Below, piece after piece: positions 31,901 through 39,495 of a stretch of DNA of 64,000 nt (the first letter of the stretch is position 1; each line of letters starts with the position of its first letter). The DNA comes from an uncultured Muribaculaceae bacterium (GTDB lineage Bacteria > Bacteroidota > Bacteroidia > Bacteroidales > Muribaculaceae). The stretch lies in assembly GCA_910585275.1 (NCBI GenBank), contig CAJUCW010000016.1, positions 22,493-86,492 of the forward strand, written 5' to 3'. A program made the translations under genes and the position numbers. The notes below the pieces were generated by a model, which saw only the letters and a program-made list of their open reading frames with translations, made no database searches and was not told the origin of the DNA.

Positions 31901-32027
31901 GAGAAGAAAGCCTCCAGTCGGAATTGAAATTGAAAGTTTGGCGGCTTAAAGCCGGCTGCGTCGCGAGGCAGAAAAGGGCGACCGCCGAGAAGAGGGCTTT
32001 CCCTTTTACCATTGACAGAAGTTTCAT
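28953..32027 (-). CDS. Glycoside hydrolase family 2 (beta-galactosidase-like)
   Basis: FNSDWR, TLPHAWNE, WYRK, FEGARQ, NYGGI, RNAPSILFYECGN and HWNY; C-terminal Ig-like region. Confidence 0.85.
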   Translation of the reverse strand: MKLLSMVKGKALFSAVALFCLATQPALSRQTFNFNSDWRLSSPDKEVSKILKKRPVTLPHAWNEDESFKVSTYEMPTGEVWYRKNFKLPKDVETAISHGDKKVFIEFEGARQAAEVFLNGKKIGLSENGVMAFGFDLTPYLKPGDNLIEVRTDNAWDYKEQATGSTWQWHTKSFNVNYGGIPKNVWLHVTDPVYQTLPLFSNLGTTGTYVYGTEYDVPTGSVTINVESEVHNSTSKPVTKSLQVSVKDADGKTVATFDGAPKTIPAGATATLHAEKRVNNMKFWSWGYGYLYDVTTSLKGSETSDNVTTTTGFRKAEFKNGMIYLNDRVIMVHGYAQRTTNEWPGVGQAMPAWLSDYSNDLFVKSGGNLVRWMHTCPGRQDVESCDRVGLIQAMPAGDAERDSEGRKWEQRLELMRDAIIYNRNAPSILFYECGNQRISGQHMKEMIALRNQYDPYGSRAIGSREMLDKPEAEYGGEMLYVNKSDTKPMWMMEYCRDEAHRFYWNSWSYPFHPEGDGPLYRNAPATAYNHNNDEFVAELVRRWYDYWIERPGSGTKVNSGGAKIVFSDTQSHGRSADNYRVSGVVDPMRIEKDAFFAHQVMWDGWVDDLRPRTYIVGHWNYEPGFSVPTVYVVSNADSVVLRQNGKTILPESHDYKFLFTFKDVKYEDGVLTAIAYGKDGKETSRDVKYTAGAPKALRLTAIENPTGWKADGNDVALVQFEVVDAEGRRCPLDNRLVKFSLKGPAEWRGGIAKNKPFGFTTNQAALTSTSAMAEGDNQKYDKKTLATLNHVLCDTLPVECGVNRVMLRSLTKPGKVRLIAKAEGLPEAEIEFNTLPIDVTDGISDYIPSEGLVSRLDRGETPKGQSFVPWRREVAIMSAVAGSGDPTLSYDTYENTSWESDADLDKAWVTYTLSELTNIDEVCVKMKGFRSSSYPIEIYAHPADSSEAVKIWEGWTPKGLGFSHLPIPADAPKAQRYTVKMAGASTDKDAFGAIKEMDSSNDEKKGKAGKSLKIIEIEFLRNLK

Positions 32028-32292
32028 AATATTTCGGTTTAATAAAATTGTTTTTCGTGGATAGGTTTGAATGGATATTCCGTTTGTTGAGTTCGAGTGC
32101 AAAGTTAGCACACATGGTCGTGTGGGTTGTCCGAGGCTGTTGAAACTTCGGTCTGTTATTGTTGAAAATGTAAGTAATCAGGGGTTTTGCAACATTTTCG
32201 GCAATCGTCTTGCAACAAATTCGGCTTTTTTATATAAATTTGTGGGAGCATAGCAACGACATGGCGAGCTTGCGTGGCATTCAAACGGGCTT

Positions 32293-34419
32293 ATGAGATA
32301 TCTGGTGACAATACTGACGATTTGGTTGGCATCCCTCCTGGCGGTTGGCGACACGGTGGAGCCGGTGCCGGCTGGAATGGTGGCAATCGACATGCGCCAT
32401 GGCTTGCCTGAAAGCAGGGTGCGGGCATTGCGGGTGTTGCCCGACGGGCGTGTGGCTGTAGCGACGGCAGGCTATCTAAGCATATTCGACGGAATCGGGT
32501 TTGTTAACGAACCCATAGATGTTGAAAAAGGAATAACCCTCACTTCACATGGTCGGAACAGGCAACTTTTTTACGATTGTAATGGCATTTTGTGGCTAAA
32601 GACACCGTTATGGCGTAAGGCCTCGGCTACCCTATATTCCGGCACAGGGAAACTCCATGCATTCGACCGTAAATCAGGAAAAGACATCACCTATAAGGCA
32701 AAGGATTTATTGGGTAAAGGTGAAATCAGCGATTTTTTTGTCGATGCGAAAGGATGTGTATGGGTCATTGATGCCGACAAGAATATTTGTGCAGTTGCCA
32801 ACGGGACGAGACAGAAAATCGCCAATATAGGCTCCGTGGCCGACGAATTGCCATCCGCCATACATGAAGAAGCCGGGAAAATGTATCTTTGTTATGACAA
32901 CGGCAACGTATGTGTGGTCAATCTTCATTCCGGACTGTTTGAATATATGTCGCGGGCTTCGCTCCCGAAAATGCGTTCACAACTCATAAACGGTAAAGCC
33001 AGATGGCTAAGCGGAAAGCTTTGGCTGCCGTTTCAACGGCACAACCGCAACGACAGTTCATGGATGGCAAGTCTTGACACTGTCGGCAGGGAATGGAATG
33101 TAAGCCGGTTCGACGGATTGATTTATGATTTTTATATAGATGGGAAGGATTCCGTGGTGTATTCGTTGCCCGGTCTGGACGACAATGTGTTCTGTGTGGA
33201 CCAAGACCGGCGAGGCGGAACGTGGATTGGCACAGGAAATAGCGGTTTACGCCATATTGCTCCGGAGGGAATAAGACTCATAACGATTTATAAAGATTCT
33301 TATCCCTACCCGAATAACGGTTATTTCCCCGATGAAAAAGCAAAATCGGCGGCCGATAGGTATGCTTCCGTAGGATTGAACTGTAGTGCCGTAGATTCGG
33401 TTTCCGGTTATGTCTATCTTGCCACCCGCAAGGGATTGATGGTTGTGGATGGAAAAGGAAAACTTTTGGCAATTTTGAACGACAATGTCGGGCTTCCGAA
33501 CAACAACGTGCAGGGCGTGATAGTCAATTCAGGCTCTTCGGGAAATAAAAAAGTATGTGGCGAGGTATGGTTCACCACCACAACCGGATTGTCTCGTTTG
33601 AGGCATCTTCCCGGCGACACGATGGAAGTTATTAACCTCGGCCTATTGGATGGCCTTGACTTGAATGGAAAGGAGTTTTCCTCCCAATCTATTGCTGTGG
33701 ATTCACTTGGATTTATCGTTGCAGGTTTTCCGGGAGGTTGGTGCAAACTCAATCCGGATGCCGCTGACAGAATGGACCATGTAGTATATAAATATCCTTC
33801 CGGTAAAGAAGATATCGAGAATGTCGATGATATGACCGATGGAATTCCTGCGTCTGTGTTTTGGATTTGCGTGGCAACGGCTGTCGTTGCCATATTGTTT
33901 TCTGTATATGTAATCTATCGAAGGAAAAAGACGGGAAGGTCTGTTAATCCGGCTCCTGAAGGAAATGTAGGCGTCACAATGATGGCGGACGAGGCGTCGG
34001 AAGGTCAAAGCGGGGAAACGGGTAAGGATCATTTGTGTGATACCCTCGTAGGCAGACTTCGTGAAACGTCGCGACAGGATGCGGCCGGAACCGCTTCTTC
34101 GGATATGGAATTCGTGGCGAGGGTCAACAAAATAATAGAGTCCCATCTTGACGATGAGACTCTTAGCGTGGTGTCGTTAAGTTCGATGATGGCGATGGAC
34201 CGCACCAACCTTTACCGTAAGATGCAGTCGGTTATGGGTGAATCTCCGTCGGCTTACATCAAGAACATGAGGCTTTCGGTGGCTGCGCGTCTGCTGAAAG
34301 AGACCGATTTGTCGATGTCAGATATAGCGTTGCGCACCGGGTTTTCTTCCGCCAAATATTTTTCGGCATCCTTTAAGGAGAAGTTCGGGATGCTTCCGGC
34401 CACATACCGTAAAAATTGA
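32293..34419 (+). CDS. Membrane-anchored AraC-family regulator with beta-propeller sensor (HTCS-like, no kinase or receiver domain)
   Basis: HGLPESRV, GLPNNNV and DRRGGTWIGT propeller repeats; one TM helix; C-terminal AraC HTH (RTNLYRK...GFSSAKYFSASFKEKFG). Confidence 0.85.
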   Translation: MRYLVTILTIWLASLLAVGDTVEPVPAGMVAIDMRHGLPESRVRALRVLPDGRVAVATAGYLSIFDGIGFVNEPIDVEKGITLTSHGRNRQLFYDCNGILWLKTPLWRKASATLYSGTGKLHAFDRKSGKDITYKAKDLLGKGEISDFFVDAKGCVWVIDADKNICAVANGTRQKIANIGSVADELPSAIHEEAGKMYLCYDNGNVCVVNLHSGLFEYMSRASLPKMRSQLINGKARWLSGKLWLPFQRHNRNDSSWMASLDTVGREWNVSRFDGLIYDFYIDGKDSVVYSLPGLDDNVFCVDQDRRGGTWIGTGNSGLRHIAPEGIRLITIYKDSYPYPNNGYFPDEKAKSAADRYASVGLNCSAVDSVSGYVYLATRKGLMVVDGKGKLLAILNDNVGLPNNNVQGVIVNSGSSGNKKVCGEVWFTTTTGLSRLRHLPGDTMEVINLGLLDGLDLNGKEFSSQSIAVDSLGFIVAGFPGGWCKLNPDAADRMDHVVYKYPSGKEDIENVDDMTDGIPASVFWICVATAVVAILFSVYVIYRRKKTGRSVNPAPEGNVGVTMMADEASEGQSGETGKDHLCDTLVGRLRETSRQDAAGTASSDMEFVARVNKIIESHLDDETLSVVSLSSMMAMDRTNLYRKMQSVMGESPSAYIKNMRLSVAARLLKETDLSMSDIALRTGFSSAKYFSASFKEKFGMLPATYRKN

Positions 34420-34462
34420 CTCTTACCCGTTATAAAGCGTAGGGTCATTTCATGTAACGGGT

Positions 34463-35710
34463 TTAGCGGATTATGATTTTCTTGCTGCGGGAAATGTAGA
34501 GACCTGGGCGTGACGGTTCGTCAACGGGAATGCCTGCAGCATCATACCATTGTGTCTTCTCGCTGCTGTCGTCGATTACTCCTTCAACGGCGGCGTCGTT
34601 GCCGTCGGCGAAGGAACAGATGGTCTTGAGTGCGGCGCAGGCTTTACCCGTGCGGCTGTCGAAGAGCGGGGCGTTATACCATCCGTTCAGTGTCGTGCCG
34701 TAGGCGTTATATTCCATCCACCACCAGAAAAGCCCGGTCACTTTATCATAGCTGCGGAGAAGCGACACGAGGTCTTTGGCAAACTGATCCTGTCCCTCTT
34801 CCGAATAATGGTAATCTACCGGTTTGTCGGTTCCAGGCACTTCCCAGGCGTAGGAATAACCGGTCTCTACAAGCATAACATCTTTTGTGGGATAGTCGGA
34901 GGTAAGCTGGTCAAGAGCTTTCTTGAGCACGCTCATCGAGCCGTGGAAATAAGGGTAATAGCTCAAGCCGATGATGTCGTAATTCACGCCGAGTGAATTC
35001 ATTTTGTCGTAGAAATTCTTCTGTACGCCTGTCTGCGCCACCCTCTCCGTGTGTATTATTATCTTTGCGTCGGGACATTCTTCGCGACATGCCTTGATGG
35101 CTTGTTTCAGCAGCGTGCCGAAGCGTTGCCAGTTGGCGTCGCTCCCCATGAAAGCCTTCTTGAGGTCTTTGTCGGCGGCTCCGTATGGACCCCATAGCAT
35201 ACCGTAGCTTATTTCGTTGCCCGGTTGGATGAAATCGGGTGTCACTCCGGCTTCTTTCAGCGATTGGAGCGTTTCTTTTGTATAGTCATATATTTTTTGA
35301 TACAGTTCGGAATCCGTGAGTCCTTCCCAGGCCTTCGGAGTCCATTGTTTTGCGGGGTCGGCCCATGTGTCGGAATAATGGAAATCGAGGAGCAGGGCGA
35401 ATCCGTCATCTTTTATACGCTTGCAGAGAGGGGTGATGTATTCCAGGTCTTGGCAGGCGTTTGGGTCTGCGTCGCTGCCCGTGTAATCCTTGGGATTGAC
35501 GAAAAGTCGCACGCGCATGGCGTTCATGCCCTCTTCGTGGAGGAAAGGAAGAAGCTCGGCTATTGGTTTGCCGTCATGGTCCTTATACTGTGCGCCGGCT
35601 TTCTCATATTCCGGAAGAAGGGAAATGTCGCCCCCGACGTAGCGGTAAACGGCGAACGACTGCGAGCATACCAGGGCAACCGCAGCTAAAAGGATGTTTC
35701 TGAGTTTCAT
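34463..35710 (-). CDS. Endo-beta-1,4-galactanase, GH53, with T9SS-like tail
   Basis: GGDIS, RVRLFVNP, DFHYSDTWADPAKQ, QPGNE, GLSYYP and VETGY motifs. Confidence 0.93.
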   Translation of the reverse strand: MKLRNILLAAVALVCSQSFAVYRYVGGDISLLPEYEKAGAQYKDHDGKPIAELLPFLHEEGMNAMRVRLFVNPKDYTGSDADPNACQDLEYITPLCKRIKDDGFALLLDFHYSDTWADPAKQWTPKAWEGLTDSELYQKIYDYTKETLQSLKEAGVTPDFIQPGNEISYGMLWGPYGAADKDLKKAFMGSDANWQRFGTLLKQAIKACREECPDAKIIIHTERVAQTGVQKNFYDKMNSLGVNYDIIGLSYYPYFHGSMSVLKKALDQLTSDYPTKDVMLVETGYSYAWEVPGTDKPVDYHYSEEGQDQFAKDLVSLLRSYDKVTGLFWWWMEYNAYGTTLNGWYNAPLFDSRTGKACAALKTICSFADGNDAAVEGVIDDSSEKTQWYDAAGIPVDEPSRPGLYISRSKKIIIR

Positions 35711-35838
35711 AGTTTATGAACGTTGTTTTGTGGTATTTATATAATTCTCATTGATAGGGAAAAGAATAGGCTGTTTATTATCAACACGGGATGTAAGTGT
35801 CGGGTTCGGCTGCAAATTTAAACAAATAGTTTGGAAAT

Positions 35839-35875
35839 AAAAAGCGGGGCAAGGTTCAAAAGAATCTTGCCCCGC
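35839..35875 (-). terminator. Rho-independent terminator of the OmpA-family gene
   Basis: GCGGGGCAAG...CTTGCCCCGC hairpin with a T-run on the minus strand. Confidence 0.7.
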
Positions 35876-35912
35876 ACACAATCAAAGGTATTTATGAAAA
35901 AAGTCTGTATTA

Positions 35913-36623
35913 TCAGTTGGCGGCTTGTGCCTCGGCCTCTTTTATCATCTTCTCGTTGGCATAGATGGTGAGCTCTACGCGGCGGTTGAGCGCACGTCCT
36001 TCGGGAGTGTCGTTCGAAGCCACATAATCGGCCATTGGTATTCCGATTGCCGTGAGACGGTTAGGGTTGACTCCGCATTTTATGAGGTAGTTGCGTACGG
36101 AGTTGGCACGTTGTCCGGAAAGCTTCTCGTTGACGGCGTATGAACCGGTGTTGTCGGTGTAGCCCACGATAGCGACGTCGGTATTGGGATTCTCCATAAG
36201 GTTGACGGCAAACTTGGTGAGGTCGGTCTGTGCGCTCTGGTTGAGGTTATATTTACCGGTCTGGAAGAGGATACCTCCGTCGAAAGTCACCTTGATAGCC
36301 TGTAGGCCGTTGGAATCGGTGGTCTGTTCCACTTTGGCCTGTTGGGCAAGCTGCTCTTCAAGCTGCTTCTGCTGTTTGTCCATGTTCTTGCCGATGAGTG
36401 CGCCTGCGCCTGCTCCAACTGCAGCACCGATGGCCGAGCCGATGCCGGCTCCTTTACCGCCGCCTATGAGGGCTCCGATGCCTGCACCTACGGCGGCACC
36501 GCCGCCACCGCCTATGAGGGCGCCTTTACCGGTATTGTTCATTGACGAACACCCAACTGCCCCGACCAACATGGCGAGAGCTAAAAAAGCTGCTGTGAAA
36601 TTTCTCAAGATTTTCATAATCAA
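35913..36623 (-). CDS. OmpA family lipoprotein with glycine zipper
   Basis: Lipobox AVGC, glycine zipper, GYTDNTG...NEKLSGQRA and GRALNRRVE. Confidence 0.93.
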   Translation of the reverse strand: MIMKILRNFTAAFLALAMLVGAVGCSSMNNTGKGALIGGGGGAAVGAGIGALIGGGKGAGIGSAIGAAVGAGAGALIGKNMDKQQKQLEEQLAQQAKVEQTTDSNGLQAIKVTFDGGILFQTGKYNLNQSAQTDLTKFAVNLMENPNTDVAIVGYTDNTGSYAVNEKLSGQRANSVRNYLIKCGVNPNRLTAIGIPMADYVASNDTPEGRALNRRVELTIYANEKMIKEAEAQAAN

Positions 36624-36935
36624 TGCAATTAAAATTATATAATCGGTCAGTAACTTATCTTATTATGAAACGACCAATCATTAGATTAAATAATGTTAAC
36701 AAGGTTTAATCGAATCTTTTAACATTTTCTCGAAGTTTGAGAAGAAATGAAGAATCCGATGATTCTTTAAGAATATAACTTCACTTGCTCCCTGTTGGTT
36801 TAGAGTGTATTCTTTAAAATTTTGGAATTCTTCTTCATGTCTGGCTACATTCTGTTGGTGGCTTGACGCAACACTGAAATCGAGCCTCCCCCATCGGTTG
36901 ATAACGGCGGCTTTTGGTTTCATTGTAGAACCCTC

Positions 36936-37055
36936 ATTTTTTGCTAAGATGGACTTTTTTGGGTCGTTTCAAGTGTTAAAATGGGCGTTTTGACCCCATT
37001 TTAACACTTGAAACGGACTTTTTTGGGTCACCTCAGCCATTTCCGGCATTTTCAA
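36936..37055. repeat. 120-bp direct repeat, copy 1 (palindromic core)
   Basis: Matches 38828..38947 at an offset of 1892. Confidence 0.9.
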
Positions 37056-37593
37056 GAGCTTCTATAAACAACATTAAATTTGATGACGGATTCTTAGGCC
37101 AATCCAAATTTTCAGCTCTGTTTATGGCATCTCGGCAATTGGCGGTCAGTAAAGTGCTTTGTTCGGAAGTAAGACGACCTTTAATGTATCCTCTCCACAC
37201 GGAATGCGAGTCTTTAAGAATTCTAATAATTTCTTCGGATTTACTTTGTCTCCTGTGTTCAATGGTGTGTAACACATACCATAACTCAAGACATGGATTT
37301 GTGAGAATTACAGCACCCGGTAGTGTGTGTAGTTTGTCGGCAACACACTTTATATCAGCATCGTAAATATAAAAAACGGAGCAATCGTCGAGTGAACCAA
37401 TTCCTAATTCATTGATATATTGTTCTACCAGGCGTTTGTTAATGCTATTGCCACTGACTTTGGTTTTTATTGTCACAGGTGTTCGGTAATGGCGGCGAAG
37501 GGCCTCTACATATACTTTTTCGGTTTCTCCTTCACATATTACGAGATAAACCTTTCGAGGCATTCTCTTTTTCTTGAATCTACGTTCCCTCAT
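37033..37593 (-). CDS. RloB family protein
   Basis: VICEGETEKVY, YDAD, TNPCLELWYVLH and NPSS motifs; ATGA overlap with the upstream ATPase gene. Confidence 0.88.
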   Translation of the reverse strand: MRERRFKKKRMPRKVYLVICEGETEKVYVEALRRHYRTPVTIKTKVSGNSINKRLVEQYINELGIGSLDDCSVFYIYDADIKCVADKLHTLPGAVILTNPCLELWYVLHTIEHRRQSKSEEIIRILKDSHSVWRGYIKGRLTSEQSTLLTANCRDAINRAENLDWPKNPSSNLMLFIEALENAGNG

Positions 37594-38765
37594 CGTTTGC
37601 TTATTATTTCGGAGAGCACGCTATAAACATTACCCACGTATGGCACTGCATCAAAACGCCCTTGCAGATATGCTTTCAGTATGTCGGTCTTTTTATCAAT
37701 TTCAAAGTCAGATAATGGTATGAACTCTGAATTCCCATCGTTTTGCTTGTTTACAAATACTATCTGCTCCTTGCGCAGTTTATTCATGTCGATTAAAAGG
37801 GGATTGTGGCTTGTAAATACCAACTGTGCTCCGGAAGAGGCACGGATGACGTCAAGAATGAATTCTGCGAGACGGAGATGCAGTTTTAAATCAAATTCAT
37901 CAAGGAATACGGCTGCACCTGCCATCGACTTTTTCAAAAGCATCAGCATTATGAAAAAAAGGCGTTTGGTGCCTTCCGATTCTTCTTTTTCGAAATCGAA
38001 AGCTATGGAGGGATTTTCGCGGTGGTATGTCTGAAGCCTTACTCTCCCCATGGAGTCGTTTGTCATACTGATGTCTATTATATCGCTGTCACTGACTTCG
38101 AAAGCTTTCAGCAGAAGCTCCTTGTTAATCGCAAAATCTTCTCGTGAAAGTTTTGAAATGTCGAAACCTCCGGTTCCCACCACCATTTCATTAAGGAAAA
38201 AGCGATATACAATCTGTGCGAGAGGTCGGTTCATCGAGCTTGCCCGGCTTAGGAAAAGAGTCTTGTCTCCTGTATTGGTTTCCACTTCTGTGGGACGTGG
38301 TATGGTGCCTTTGCGATGGGTATATGTCACGACGTTGTCGCGTGTGAAAACCTTTGCCCTGCGTTTGTTGGGAAAATAATATAGGGATTCTTTTTGTACC
38401 TTGCCATTCTGTAAGGTAAAGGAATATTCATATTCCACACCCTCGGTGACAAAATCTATATAAAATTCCGAAGGTTTGTCTGCATCGAATTTAAAAGGTT
38501 CGAAGTCAAATTTGCTCCCCTCGTTATTCAAATGGGATTCAAGAATAAATCTGCGACAGAAATCGATGGCTTTGATCATGTTTGACTTGCCGGCGGCGTT
38601 GCTACCGAAAAGACCGATTATGTTTACGAAACGGTCGCCTGAAAATTCAATAAGATTTTCGGGTAAGTTGTCGTTTGCTGTACGCGATGTGGCTTCTGCC
38701 GTAAAATCAAGGACGGCATCATCTCTCATGGAATAGAAATTAGTGAGGCGCAGACTTATTATCAT
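37590..38765 (-). CDS. AAA_21 ABC-like ATPase (RloA/AbiEii-type)
   Basis: NFYSM, GSNAAGKSN, ESEGTKR, LDEFD, QLVFTSHN and YLQGRFDAVP motifs. Confidence 0.88.
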   Translation of the reverse strand: MIISLRLTNFYSMRDDAVLDFTAEATSRTANDNLPENLIEFSGDRFVNIIGLFGSNAAGKSNMIKAIDFCRRFILESHLNNEGSKFDFEPFKFDADKPSEFYIDFVTEGVEYEYSFTLQNGKVQKESLYYFPNKRRAKVFTRDNVVTYTHRKGTIPRPTEVETNTGDKTLFLSRASSMNRPLAQIVYRFFLNEMVVGTGGFDISKLSREDFAINKELLLKAFEVSDSDIIDISMTNDSMGRVRLQTYHRENPSIAFDFEKEESEGTKRLFFIMLMLLKKSMAGAAVFLDEFDLKLHLRLAEFILDVIRASSGAQLVFTSHNPLLIDMNKLRKEQIVFVNKQNDGNSEFIPLSDFEIDKKTDILKAYLQGRFDAVPYVGNVYSVLSEIISKR

Positions 38766-38827
38766 ACAGTAGCGGTTTTTCGCAAAGGTAATAATTTTAT
38801 CTTAATCCTATATTTATTTTATGAGTG

Positions 38828-38947
38828 ATTTTTTGCTGAGATGGACTTTTTTGGGTCGTTTCAAGTGTTAAAATGGGGTCAAAACACCCATTTTAACACT
38901 TGAAACGGACTTTTTTGGGTCACTTCAGCTATTCCCGGCATTTTCAA
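38828..38947. repeat. 120-bp direct repeat, copy 2 (palindromic core)
   Basis: Matches 36936..37055; central 9 nt inverted relative to copy 1. Confidence 0.9.
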
Positions 38948-39036
38948 AAAGCAGCAGATCCACTGGTCAAAAATTCCTCAGTTGCTATTATATCGGCAAA
39001 AAATATATTAGAGACAGGAGCACCTGCGAATGCAAT

Positions 39037-39489
39037 TTATGAAATGAAAGATGCTATTTCTTTTTCAAGTTTTGCAATCTCCTTTTTGCCATCGAGCGAT
39101 GACCAAAACGCATGCGTATCCCTCATTTCTTCAGCTAAGAACGTCATCCTGTCTTCAATTTTAATGTCGTATAGTTCTTGTGCCCAATCGAAAAATCCCT
39201 TGCCTGGCATCATGGTGTTTTTATCAACCACAACACAAGAAAGCATCGGTCGTTCATGCTTGTAAAGTTCTTCTTCCGATACCCAGCCAAGATCTTCTGC
39301 AAGTTGGTTTCTATGGTCGGGATTTGCCATGGAATATGGCAATGCCACACCTCTGCAAAGATCGGAATAAGATACTACTCCTTTTCGGGATGCAACTTTG
39401 GCTAAAAAGAGTTTGATTTTTTTTCTGTACCCTATTAAGTTCGATTGAATAATCGTTTTCTTCAGATTCCATGTCTTTCTATATTTCAT
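39037..39489 (-). CDS. Hypothetical protein (putative winged-helix domain seen in defence contexts)
   Basis: YSDL...LGWVS...RPMLSCVVVDK...PGKGFF motif; starts 6 bp after the GmrSD-like stop. Confidence 0.7.
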   Translation of the reverse strand: MKYRKTWNLKKTIIQSNLIGYRKKIKLFLAKVASRKGVVSYSDLCRGVALPYSMANPDHRNQLAEDLGWVSEEELYKHERPMLSCVVVDKNTMMPGKGFFDWAQELYDIKIEDRMTFLAEEMRDTHAFWSSLDGKKEIAKLEKEIASFIS

Positions 39490-39495
39490 TCCGGG

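Noticed and set aside
36696..36923. 75-aa ORF downstream of repeat copy 1
   Set aside because: No recognisable motif; it could be a gene remnant but cannot be supported.
36966..38906. GTTTCAA...TTGAAAC units resembling CRISPR repeat ends
   Set aside because: Only two copies, 1.9 kb apart, 49 bp and fully palindromic; no spacers and no cas genes.
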